DNA of 64,000 nucleotides from Ignavibacteria bacterium (GCA_014654705.1 JACVZY010000111.1:54785-118784), one strand, 5' to 3'. Counted from the first letter of the stretch, positions 21,177 through 29,015 are shown. Program-made: numbers and translations. The notes: a model not told the origin generated them from the sequence alone.

Positions 21177-21815
21177 TTATTTCAATGTCCGCGTAGTATT
21201 TTTCACATAACGCAAACGGTAGTACCCAAGCGGGGTGAACTGCGTTGGCGAAGCGGCTGCATCTTTGTAGAGATTCACAAATTGAACTTTCACGTAATTT
21301 CCAGAGCGTGTCTTCAGAACCAAGGTTTTTTGTGGATTCGGAATAATAGTACGCTGCGAACTATTATAGTTGAACATGCCTTTTCCGAAAAGGTCAATCG
21401 AAACAATGCGCCGAGACGAGGCGGTGTCCTCTGTTTGGAGCTGTGAATCCATGGGCGCTGTTGTCAGGAGGTCAAAAGTAGAGTCCACAACAATTCCAAT
21501 TGTTTTTCCGTTCGGATTTACGTTACCTGAATTAAGCAAAATATCTACCGAGCGTGAAAATTCATTGAGAAAAGGCAAGCGTATATCCCACTCATCGGTT
21601 GCAGCACGACTGGCAGGTACGACGGAATCTCGGTCAAAAGAAAAGTAAATAACGGAAAGGGAATCGGGGCGTAGATTCGAGACAATGAGCGGCGTAAGAG
21701 TGCCTTGCGTACCATTTGTAACGGAATTTTGCGTGCAGCAACTTGCAACAAAAGCAATCAGACAAAGTGCCAGTGCCAGTGAGAATGTGCGAAGGGGTGA
21801 AACGTGGATTTGCAT
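21177..21815 (-). CDS. lipoprotein, HmuY-like
   Basis: Lipobox VASC. The pattern YFSF...WDIRLPF...NSGNVNPNG...YVKVQFVNLY resembles the HmuY family. Confidence 0.45.
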   Translation of the reverse strand: MQIHVSPLRTFSLALALCLIAFVASCCTQNSVTNGTQGTLTPLIVSNLRPDSLSVIYFSFDRDSVVPASRAATDEWDIRLPFLNEFSRSVDILLNSGNVNPNGKTIGIVVDSTFDLLTTAPMDSQLQTEDTASSRRIVSIDLFGKGMFNYNSSQRTIIPNPQKTLVLKTRSGNYVKVQFVNLYKDAAASPTQFTPLGYYRLRYVKNTTRTLK

Positions 21816-21944
21816 TGTGGGAAGCGAACTGTGTTAAAAAACATTGGTTAATTGTAAAAACACACGCAATGTACGTGGAGTTACACAAAAGACCAAGTTT
21901 TTTTTTTCGCTTATAGACTTCTATTATCGGTAGGAAGTCTTATT

Positions 21945-22448
21945 TTAAGGCACTTCCAAAGCAAATATTTGCCCAAAACTCTCGAATGTGTACATCTGCT
22001 CGTCGTACTGCACGAGGTACTCTGCAAATTGTAAATATGCACTACGAGTGAAACGTGCCTCGGTCTGCATACCCTTCGGTGTTTGTAGTGGTACATAGAC
22101 AATATTTTCCTTGCTCAAGCGCGGCGTATGCTCTTCGTTGATGGGAACACGTGAACCGAGGATATTCAGCGTACACCAAAGATTTCCGTCAGCATCGGCA
22201 CTAACACTAATGACAGAATACGGGACATCATCAACATCAATTTTAACATTTTCAACAGGAGTTGTCAGGCAGTAACAGCCATCAGCCTGTTTATTCAAAA
22301 TGGTATAGAAAAGCGCTACCAAATACTCCCGCTCTATCGGCTCATCTCGATAATACCACATCCCATTGCAATCTATACGAATAGCGGGTCGCTGATTTTC
22401 ATCATGGAGATATCTCCCCACAGACTGGTGTAGTTCGCTAGTCATCAT
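21945..22448 (-). CDS. DUF1285-like protein
   Basis: IRIDCNGMWYYRDEPIEREYLVALFYTILNKQADGCYCLTTPVENVKIDVDDVPY matches the DUF1285 pattern. Its start overlaps the rep stop (TAATG). Confidence 0.6.
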   Translation of the reverse strand: MMTSELHQSVGRYLHDENQRPAIRIDCNGMWYYRDEPIEREYLVALFYTILNKQADGCYCLTTPVENVKIDVDDVPYSVISVSADADGNLWCTLNILGSRVPINEEHTPRLSKENIVYVPLQTPKGMQTEARFTRSAYLQFAEYLVQYDEQMYTFESFGQIFALEVP

Positions 22449-23503
22449 TACAGAGTGACGTTAGGCATTGTTCGAGACTTGCTTGATTTTGGAGCACTTT
22501 TTCGCGGAGAACGCTCAACGTCCGTAGGCTTTATCATTTCGTCGAGGATTTTATTGCGAAATTGCCGCAAAAGAACTTCCGTTGTTTTATTTTCATAATC
22601 GGGTGCTTCAGGGCTTTGATATTCTTTTACAAAGTCCGGCAGCTCCTCAAATGCCTGACGCATAATCTTCGCTTGCAATTCCTCTCCGAGCCGATTAAAA
22701 AAGAGGTCATACTCAGCAAGCGACCGAATTTCGGTAACAATTTCGAGGCTTCCGTCGTTGAAGGGTAGAGCAATCTCTGTTTTGCGGTTAATGCAGAATT
22801 TTATTGCATCAATTTTTCGTTGAAATCTTTCATAGCGCACTGTCACAAAGAGATCGGACAATTCATTGATTTCATTCACTGCTTTTTTGATAACCTTTTC
22901 ATTGAGCCGCGCAAACGCCGGGTACTCGTCAGCATCTACGCCCATCAATTCGCGGAACTCACCGACTGAGATAAGCGGAGTTTCACCGTAAGAGCGCTCA
23001 AAATCGAAATAATCAAGGCAGAGTTCGTACAATGCAAGCGCGTGTTTGGACTGAAATTTATTTTGGAGAGAGAGGCTTATACGCGCATACATTCTTGGAT
23101 TGCGCAAGCGTTCTTTCAAAAACGGACTAAAAGCATATGTGAGAACACCTTGCTTAATCACAGCACCAGCTAAGAGCGGGAAAACCCCCCATTCACTTTT
23201 GTCCTTGCGCAGGATGTTCCAGCGCACAGCCGTTGTGGTGAGCTTTTCCAGTGCTTCTTTCAAATACGCATCGTCGTTACTGTGGTAGTCCAGCATTTCC
23301 ACAAGGTCGCGGACACGAATTTGGTAACGGTCGCTATTACCCAACTCATCAAACGCACGGGCAAGGAGAACATTCCATGCGCGGCGCTGTAAAAGAGTAA
23401 TACTGTTTGTAATCTGCACAGCCGAGCTATGCTTCATTACCTCACGTTTGCGCTTCGAAAGCCGAATCGGGGCGCTCGACATAATTGGCGTAACAGCTTC
23501 CAT
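22448..23503 (-). CDS. plasmid-type replication initiator (Rep_3 family-like)
   Basis: The pattern VQITNSITLLQRRAWNVLL...YAFSPFLKERL...SKHALALYELCLDY...ISVGEFRELMG...NEKVIKKAVNEINELSDLFV is typical of iteron-binding Rep proteins. An iteron array lies directly upstream. Confidence 0.8.
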   Translation of the reverse strand: MEAVTPIMSSAPIRLSKRKREVMKHSSAVQITNSITLLQRRAWNVLLARAFDELGNSDRYQIRVRDLVEMLDYHSNDDAYLKEALEKLTTTAVRWNILRKDKSEWGVFPLLAGAVIKQGVLTYAFSPFLKERLRNPRMYARISLSLQNKFQSKHALALYELCLDYFDFERSYGETPLISVGEFRELMGVDADEYPAFARLNEKVIKKAVNEINELSDLFVTVRYERFQRKIDAIKFCINRKTEIALPFNDGSLEIVTEIRSLAEYDLFFNRLGEELQAKIMRQAFEELPDFVKEYQSPEAPDYENKTTEVLLRQFRNKILDEMIKPTDVERSPRKSAPKSSKSRTMPNVTL

Positions 23504-23530
23504 AACATTTATTTAGCTAAATACAAACAA

Positions 23531-23539
23531 TGTGGATAA
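23531..23539 (-). promoter_or_regulatory. perfect DnaA box (TTATCCACA on minus strand)
   Basis: The plus strand reads TGTGGATAA, 28 bp upstream of the rep start codon and 79 bp from the first iteron. Confidence 0.6.
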
Positions 23540-23617
23540 CTTTTTTTCTTGGGAGTGTAATGTACACAATCATCGGAGTTAAGAAAAGAAAAAGGTTGTG
23601 GGGCATACATTTTCTCC

Positions 23618-24273
23618 CCTGTAAACGGGGATGTTTGTGCAAAATCGAGATCCGACTGTGCCGAATTCAGATAATTTTTTCCTGTAAATGGGGATGATAC
23701 CCATAGGCATTTATTCGACTGAAAAAGCGGTTTACCTTCTTGACGCTGCTGGCATAGCTTAATATTTACGCAAGTGCTATTCACGAAACAGGAAGTATCC
23801 TGTAAATGGGGATTTTTCACTGGATATTACATGGGAATAAAATTGTGCACGCGAATAATTCCCTGTAAATGGGGATATGCAAAGGTACTGCTCCAAATCT
23901 ATAGCCTGTAAACGGGGATTTTTCGTGTCCACAATATCCTGTAAATGGGGATGTGAAATCAAAAAAATCTCCTGTAAATGGGGAGGAATCGAAATATTTG
24001 AATTTCATAGCCTGTAAACGGGGAGGATAATGTACTTAGACATCCTGTAAATGGGGATGCAAGCAAGGGTTTTCCACAAAATCAAGTGTAAAATCTCATT
24101 TCAAAGCACACTGTATCTTTTCAAAAAGTACTTATCCCCGTTTACAGGCTCAGAGTCGGGACACTTTTCTCCTGTATTTGGTGATTTTACAACCTGCGAA
24201 CGATGCTTTTTCATCCTGAAAATGGGGCTGTTCACTCCTGAAAACGGGGATATTATAGCCTGTAAACGTGTAT
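23618..24273 (+). repeat. iteron array, 15-bp unit CCTGTAAAYGGGGAT (about 14 copies)
   Basis: Direct copies with 0-1 mismatch start at 23618, 23681, 23799, 23862, 23905, 23938, 23971, 24011 and 24044. One inverted perfect copy lies at 24134-24148. Degenerate copies start at 24171, 24215, 24237 and 24259. Confidence 0.85.
24070..24078 (+). promoter_or_regulatory. DnaA-box-like site TTTTCCACA (8/9 match)
   Basis: One mismatch to TTATCCACA, located between the direct and inverted iterons. Confidence 0.35.
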
Positions 24274-24289
24274 TTTCAAACACATAAGC

Positions 24290-24478
24290 ACATATTTTAC
24301 AACAACTTTGAAGCACCTAAAACTCTTAAAACAGGGAAAACTTTAAAAACTCTTAAATCCAATCATAAAATGCAATCCACAATTCAGACTTGCGTAAAAC
24401 GTTTTTTCAAGACGTATTTTCCCCGTACATTTGTAAGAATGACTACCGTTTCTTTATTTAATCACGATAAAACCTGTT
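24290..24478. other. AT-rich tract, candidate DNA-unwinding element of the origin
   Basis: Visibly AT-rich stretch just past the last iteron. It contains the 12-mer direct repeat AAAACTCTTAAA at 24319 and 24346. Confidence 0.35.
24426..24433 (+). promoter_or_regulatory. candidate -7 promoter element TACATTTG
   Basis: Perfect TAnnTTTG match 46 bp upstream of the ATG at 24479. Confidence 0.3.
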
Positions 24479-25237
24479 ATGACCACATTTCTCTTTAGAA
24501 CACTTTGTATCTTTATAACATCATTTACAATAGCAGCATGTTCTTCCTGTAACAACAAGAATCAAACTGCACAAACTAACACACCAACTAGCGGCGGTGT
24601 GCAGAGCGGCATTCAAACTCCAAACGCAACATCAGCTTCAGTAAAAGCAAATGATGCGACTAGCGGTAAAAGCGGCATGGAAAAATTCATAACAAAAGAG
24701 GCTAAAGACCCCATTGCTTTTGATGTGCGAGGGGATAAACTAGAATCTATTACAAATGATACGGAACAAGGTATCAGTTTTGGTCCTCCGCGTACATATC
24801 AAGCAATACCCTACTCAACGCTACCAATGAATGATATTTCACGAAAATTTACCGAATACTCGTCGCCGGAAATTACAATTTCTCCTCTCCATTCGTACAG
24901 TAATGGAAAAAATAGTCTTGTCGTATCATTGGTAAAGTTTAGCACTGCCCAGACGCTAGAACAGTACATTGAAAAATACGAGGCATTGAATAAGCAGCGC
25001 TTTACTCCGGCAACAATTACAACGACCTCGTTCAAAAACCGTGAAATTCCGATGACTCAGTTTTTTATACAAGAATCTGAGAGCGGTATTTTCCGAATTG
25101 TTTTTCCGGCAACGAAAAAAAATCAACTTCTGCAATTTGACTACACTATTCGGCGCAATAGTATTCAAGCTGATATGGAACGGATAGAACCTTCTATTGG
25201 TTCTATTGTACGACTTATTGCAGCTGCAAACCCATAA
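24479..25237 (+). CDS. lipoprotein, unknown function (paralog of 25887-26504)
   Basis: Lipobox IAAC. The C-terminal half aligns with the downstream paralog (LLQFDYTI / MMQCDYII; IEPSIGSIV / VESSIGSIF). Confidence 0.6.
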   Translation: MTTFLFRTLCIFITSFTIAACSSCNNKNQTAQTNTPTSGGVQSGIQTPNATSASVKANDATSGKSGMEKFITKEAKDPIAFDVRGDKLESITNDTEQGISFGPPRTYQAIPYSTLPMNDISRKFTEYSSPEITISPLHSYSNGKNSLVVSLVKFSTAQTLEQYIEKYEALNKQRFTPATITTTSFKNREIPMTQFFIQESESGIFRIVFPATKKNQLLQFDYTIRRNSIQADMERIEPSIGSIVRLIAAANP

Positions 25238-25268
25238 ATCTTGTGTTCTTAAATATCATTGTTGAACC

Positions 25269-25691
25269 ATGAAAGTTATTCAATCCCTCGACCCACGTAT
25301 TACCCGTGCGCTATTAAGCGAACAGCCTGAGATGTCCCACCTCACAAGCAATGAGCTTTTCGAGACATATGAAGTTTTTCATCAAGCAAAGACCGGAGCT
25401 CGTCATATTCATGTCGGCTCAGTCCATGCGCCAAATGCTGAAATGGCTTATTTATTCGCCAAAGAACAGTTTGGGCGACGTATGACAACAACAAGTCTCT
25501 GGGTTGCGCGAACAACAGATATTTTTACGACCAACGAAGATGCTGAATTGTACACAACAGCAAATGCTCCAGAAAAAGAATATCGTAATGCCACTATTTG
25601 GAAGGTGCGCGATAAAATTGATCGCTTCAAAAAAGAGCATTCCAGCGACTTACCTTCTCAAGAAACTGTATCTTCTCAAGAACAAGAATAA
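25269..25691 (+). CDS. paaB: 1,2-phenylacetyl-CoA epoxidase subunit B (with N- and C-terminal extensions)
   Basis: Core sequence YEVFHQAKTGARHIHVGSVHAPNAEMAYLFAKEQFGRR...LWV matches PaaB. At 140 aa it looks longer than the typical PaaB as I recall it. Confidence 0.75.
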   Translation: MKVIQSLDPRITRALLSEQPEMSHLTSNELFETYEVFHQAKTGARHIHVGSVHAPNAEMAYLFAKEQFGRRMTTTSLWVARTTDIFTTNEDAELYTTANAPEKEYRNATIWKVRDKIDRFKKEHSSDLPSQETVSSQEQE

Positions 25692-25712
25692 TTCCCTTCT
25701 TTCGGAGACGTT

Positions 25713-25856
25713 ATGATATCAATATCTATCGATATCTACCTTAGACGATTCCGAACAACAGAAGAATTACCTTTCGATGAAGCCCTATTCTATACCCCTG
25801 AAGAATATTTGCTGCGGGAACAGGCAGCGCTCAATCCCCAAGAATATCAGCTTTAA
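25713..25856 (+). pseudogene. 47-aa ORF resembling only the N-terminus of Uma2-family nucleases (possible remnant)
   Basis: GGAGA lies 5 nt upstream of the ATG. YTPEEYLLREQAALNPQEY resembles the Uma2 N-terminal motif T.EEYL..E....K.EY, and the ORF stops right after it. Confidence 0.2.
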
Positions 25857-25886
25857 ACTTGAGGTTTAATTACAACAGCAATAATT

Positions 25887-26504
25887 ATGAGCCAAATCAG
25901 AATTTTTATATTGTTATTTTGTATTTTTCTAACAAACTGCGGCAAAACAACCAAACAGAAAGAGCCTACTAGCACAGTAGAAAGAATGACATTCACGGTG
26001 AACCGTCAGTTACTCAAAGACTCGCTCAATATTATTGACGAGAAGTTGAGCGTATCTATCCCTAAGTCGTGGAAACCTCTTCCCGATAGCTTAAAAAGTT
26101 CACTAACTTCAAAAGTCGAAACCTTCAATGCAAGCAATGACTCATTAGCAATTCAACTCAATATACACTCGGTATATGTTCAGCCGGATAGCAAAGCAAG
26201 TCTAGTTATTTCTCGTCTTAGTTTTCCTAAAAATGATTCAACGGAATCGCTTCAACGCAAACACTACACTAAACAGATGAAAACAGGTATTGATAGTACA
26301 TCACTTGGAATTGCTGAGTTCAGAAAAGACGGTATATTCATAACACAATATATGATTCGGACCCAGCAAAGTGTTTCTTTCAAACTTCTTTTCAAAGCGC
26401 ATAAAAGCATGATGCAATGCGATTATATTATACCAACAAACGTTTTCCAACAAGAAATCAGGGCTGTTGAATCGTCTATCGGTTCGATATTTATTTCTCA
26501 ATAG
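25887..26504 (+). CDS. lipoprotein, unknown function (paralog of 24479-25237)
   Basis: Lipobox LTNC, with C-terminal similarity to the upstream paralog. Confidence 0.6.
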   Translation: MSQIRIFILLFCIFLTNCGKTTKQKEPTSTVERMTFTVNRQLLKDSLNIIDEKLSVSIPKSWKPLPDSLKSSLTSKVETFNASNDSLAIQLNIHSVYVQPDSKASLVISRLSFPKNDSTESLQRKHYTKQMKTGIDSTSLGIAEFRKDGIFITQYMIRTQQSVSFKLLFKAHKSMMQCDYIIPTNVFQQEIRAVESSIGSIFISQ

Positions 26505-26532
26505 ATTTATTCACTTATATTTAGGAGTTGAT

Positions 26533-26835
26533 ATGAAACATCTTCTCGTGCGCTCTGGCGCAGTAATAGCATTTTGTTTCCTTACACTTATTTGTTCTGG
26601 CTGCTATACGCAATCATTCTTAGTAGGCGGCGGAGCAAAAGGTACACAAGAAGAGACTGCGCAAACGTGGTTTGTTGCTTTTGGATTAGCAAATGTCAGT
26701 AATACAAATATCTCCGCAATGGCAAAAGGTGCAAGTAGCTACACTATTGTAACACAACGCACTTTTGTTGACGGTTTGATTTATAGTATTTTAAATGGTC
26801 TGGTAGGACCAGAAACAGTAGTCGTGCGTCGGTAG
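26533..26835 (+). CDS. Bor/Iss-family lipoprotein
   Basis: AGGAG lies 6 nt upstream of the ATG at 26533. Lipobox CSGC, followed by WFVAFGL...AKGASSY...TQRTFVDGLI, which resembles lambda Bor (FFVSGIGQ...TQQTFVNGLLGFITLG). Confidence 0.6.
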   Translation: MKHLLVRSGAVIAFCFLTLICSGCYTQSFLVGGGAKGTQEETAQTWFVAFGLANVSNTNISAMAKGASSYTIVTQRTFVDGLIYSILNGLVGPETVVVRR

Positions 26836-26880
26836 TGTATTGTAAAAATTCATTATTTCTAGCAATTATTTTCTAATCCA

Positions 26881-27213
26881 ATGAAAAATCAACATTTCAA
26901 AAGCACCTTTTTTGTGCTGTTGCTGTGCAGTGTCTTAACAATCGGTCTATCTGGTTGCTTTACCCAAAAAATCGTCGTTGGTAATGGTGCTCCGTCTCGT
27001 AGTCAAACTGAAGCAGCTCAAAACGAAGAAACCACAAAAGCATGGTTTTTTGTTTTTGGTCTTATCCCCGGACAAGGTCCGATAGATCTTGACAAAATGG
27101 CAAAAGGTGCATCAAATTATACTGCAGTATATGAAGAAACATTTCTTGATGGCTTAATTGGCTATATAACACTGAACCTTGTAACGCCACGTACAATAAC
27201 GGTTAAACGATAA
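26881..27213 (+). CDS. Bor/Iss-family lipoprotein (tandem paralog)
   Basis: Lipobox LSGC, followed by WFFVFGLIP...AKGASNY...EETFLDGLIGYITLNLVTP. Confidence 0.6.
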   Translation: MKNQHFKSTFFVLLLCSVLTIGLSGCFTQKIVVGNGAPSRSQTEAAQNEETTKAWFFVFGLIPGQGPIDLDKMAKGASNYTAVYEETFLDGLIGYITLNLVTPRTITVKR

Positions 27214-27272
27214 GACTTTTTAGCTCAACAGCCCTGATTTATTGTTATTTTGTTCTATTTTTTATTGTCATC

Positions 27273-28040
27273 ATGCCAATCAAAGACACTTCTCGCACAG
27301 CCATCAAAGACCTTCTGTTCCGAATGGCTGATGATTGCTTAATTCTTGGTCATCGTAACTCTGAGTGGGTCGGCATCGGACCGGTCTTAGAGGAAGATAT
27401 TGCCTTTGCTTCTATTGCACAGGATAAACTCGGTCATGCGCTCTCGCTCTACAGCATTTTACATGAACACTTAGGAGAGCCGGATGCCGATACGCTTGCC
27501 TTTATGCGTCCCGAAGGACAATTCAAATGTTGTCATTTAGTTGAAATTCCGACGCAAGAATATGACATAGCCCTCGTGCGGCATTTCCTCTTCGATACTG
27601 CTGACCGCCTTCGTTTTGAAATGCTTGTCGGTTCTTCGTTTGAGCCACTTGCGCAGCTTGCCCGCAAAATCAAAGGTGAAATAACATACCACACCATGCA
27701 CGCAAATGCTTTTATTCGTCAATTATCTCGTGGAAGCGAAGAGGCGCATTTCAGAATGCAATCGGCATTGAATGAGGTATATCCGCTTGCTCTGGGAATT
27801 TTCGAGCCATCTGAATTTGAAGAAGTGCTTGCGCAAGAGGGAATTTTTGCTGGAGAAGCATTGCTAGAAAAGAGTTGGTTAGAAACAATTACACCGATTC
27901 TTGAACAAGCCGGATTGACTGTAAGCGCCAATGCAGAAGCCGCTCTTGGCGGGAGAAAAGGGTATCATACCGAACATTTATCGCCACTTTTGGAAGAAAT
28001 GTCGGAGGTCTTTGCTGTTGACCCCACGGCAGAGTGGTAA
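27273..28040 (+). CDS. paaC: 1,2-phenylacetyl-CoA epoxidase subunit C
   Basis: LFRMADDCLILGHRNSEWVG...AQDKLGHALSLY is typical of PaaC. Directly followed by paaD. Confidence 0.8.
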   Translation: MPIKDTSRTAIKDLLFRMADDCLILGHRNSEWVGIGPVLEEDIAFASIAQDKLGHALSLYSILHEHLGEPDADTLAFMRPEGQFKCCHLVEIPTQEYDIALVRHFLFDTADRLRFEMLVGSSFEPLAQLARKIKGEITYHTMHANAFIRQLSRGSEEAHFRMQSALNEVYPLALGIFEPSEFEEVLAQEGIFAGEALLEKSWLETITPILEQAGLTVSANAEAALGGRKGYHTEHLSPLLEEMSEVFAVDPTAEW

Positions 28041-28060
28041 AACCATTTCAAGAAAATACT

Positions 28061-28561
28061 ATGATTACCCAAAATGAAGTACAGGAGGCAGCCATCTGGC
28101 AGGCACTCCATGACGTAGCCGACCCCGAAATACCACGTCTTTCGGTGGTTGATTTAGGAGTAATCACTCACGTCAAGGTCGATGACCAAAACAAAGCCTC
28201 TATTACGATGACACCAACGTTTTCTGGGTGTCCGGCAATACATTATATGCAAGATGCTATACGCGAACGTGTCGCATCAATGCCATTTTCAGAGGTCGAA
28301 GTAAAAGTTTCATTTGAGGAACCATGGAATTCTAACAAAATTTCAGAACGGGGAAGAGCAATTTTACATGAATCAGGATTTGCACCGCCACCCAAACATG
28401 ATGGATATATCGAACTCAGCGTCTTAGAAGATGTCCCGTGCCCATATTGCGGAAGTCATCATACAACTCTTCAATCTCCCTTTGGTCCGACCCTCTGCCG
28501 TTCAATTCATTATTGTAATGCTTGCTCACAGGCATTTGAACAATTTAAACCTGTTGCATAA
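28061..28561 (+). CDS. paaD: phenylacetate-CoA oxygenase subunit PaaD (DUF59/MIP18 domain + C-terminal Cys cluster)
   Basis: DVADPEIPRLSVVDLGVI...MTPTFSGCPA together with CPYCGS...HYCNACSQ. ATG at 28061 is preferred over the GTG at 28034. Confidence 0.8.
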   Translation: MITQNEVQEAAIWQALHDVADPEIPRLSVVDLGVITHVKVDDQNKASITMTPTFSGCPAIHYMQDAIRERVASMPFSEVEVKVSFEEPWNSNKISERGRAILHESGFAPPPKHDGYIELSVLEDVPCPYCGSHHTTLQSPFGPTLCRSIHYCNACSQAFEQFKPVA

Positions 28562-28907
28562 ACCGAAAAGAATCCCCAGACGTAGGCGTCAAGGTTCATT
28601 ATAACGAAGAAATAAAAAACCTTTCAGCCGAAAGTTGATAAAAAATTGCACTATTAATAATAATTTGATGTTTTTTTTACACTTTTAGCAAAAAATATCC
28701 TTTTATTCTGTGTCAATTTCTAATGCCTTAAAAAGTCTATCGCTTTCGTACAAATTAAAATAACAACAATACAAAATGGCGATTTTTGCTTATTTAAGTC
28801 ATTATTGAGAAAATCATTGCAGTGCTGATACGATAGTAAAGGGTCAATTGTTTCATGTGAAATTTAGTTATGTGCCGTAAAGCAAGTCTTCTTCACAAAT
28901 TGACCTC

Positions 28908-28936
28908 TTGACAAAGTGCAGGTAATTGAGTAATTT
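28908..28936 (+). promoter_or_regulatory. sigma70-like promoter candidate TTGACA-N17-TAATTT
   Basis: Perfect -35 hexamer, 17-bp spacer and a weak -10, about 200 bp upstream of the susC-like ATG. Confidence 0.25.
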
Positions 28937-29007
28937 GTGCAACTAAAATTTCTTTGAAAAAAATTTGGTGATAAATGTGTGCGGAAATTTTCCGGTACCA
29001 ATCATTT

Positions 29008-29015
29008 TAATTTTG
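29008..29015 (+). promoter_or_regulatory. candidate -7 promoter element TAATTTTG
   Basis: Perfect TAnnTTTG match 125 bp upstream of the ATG at 29140. Confidence 0.25.

Noticed and set aside
21890-21944. Inverted repeat AGACTTC-N12-GAAGTCT after the DUF1285 gene, considered as a terminator
   Set aside because: On the transcribed (minus) strand the hairpin is followed by an A-run rather than a U-run, and the stem is only 7 bp. That is not enough to call.
23618-24273. Possible CRISPR array, given the many copies of a short repeat
   Set aside because: The repeat is only 15 bp. Gaps between copies range from 7 to about 100 bp with no constant spacer length. One copy is inverted, no cas genes are present, and the array abuts a Rep_3-like initiator and a DnaA box. 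Iterons explain it better.
23509-24316. Five tracked ORFs (60-103 aa) covering the repeat region, several containing repeated SPFTG peptides
   Set aside because: The recurring peptide is simply the iteron translated in frame. The ORFs overlap each other on both strands and have no RBS or coding signature.
21100-27250. Calling the rep-containing interval a defined mobile element (integrated plasmid, ICE or prophage)
   Set aside because: I see no integrase, transposase, relaxase, tRNA target or flanking direct repeats, so boundaries cannot be supported. It is reported only as a hypothesis in the findings.
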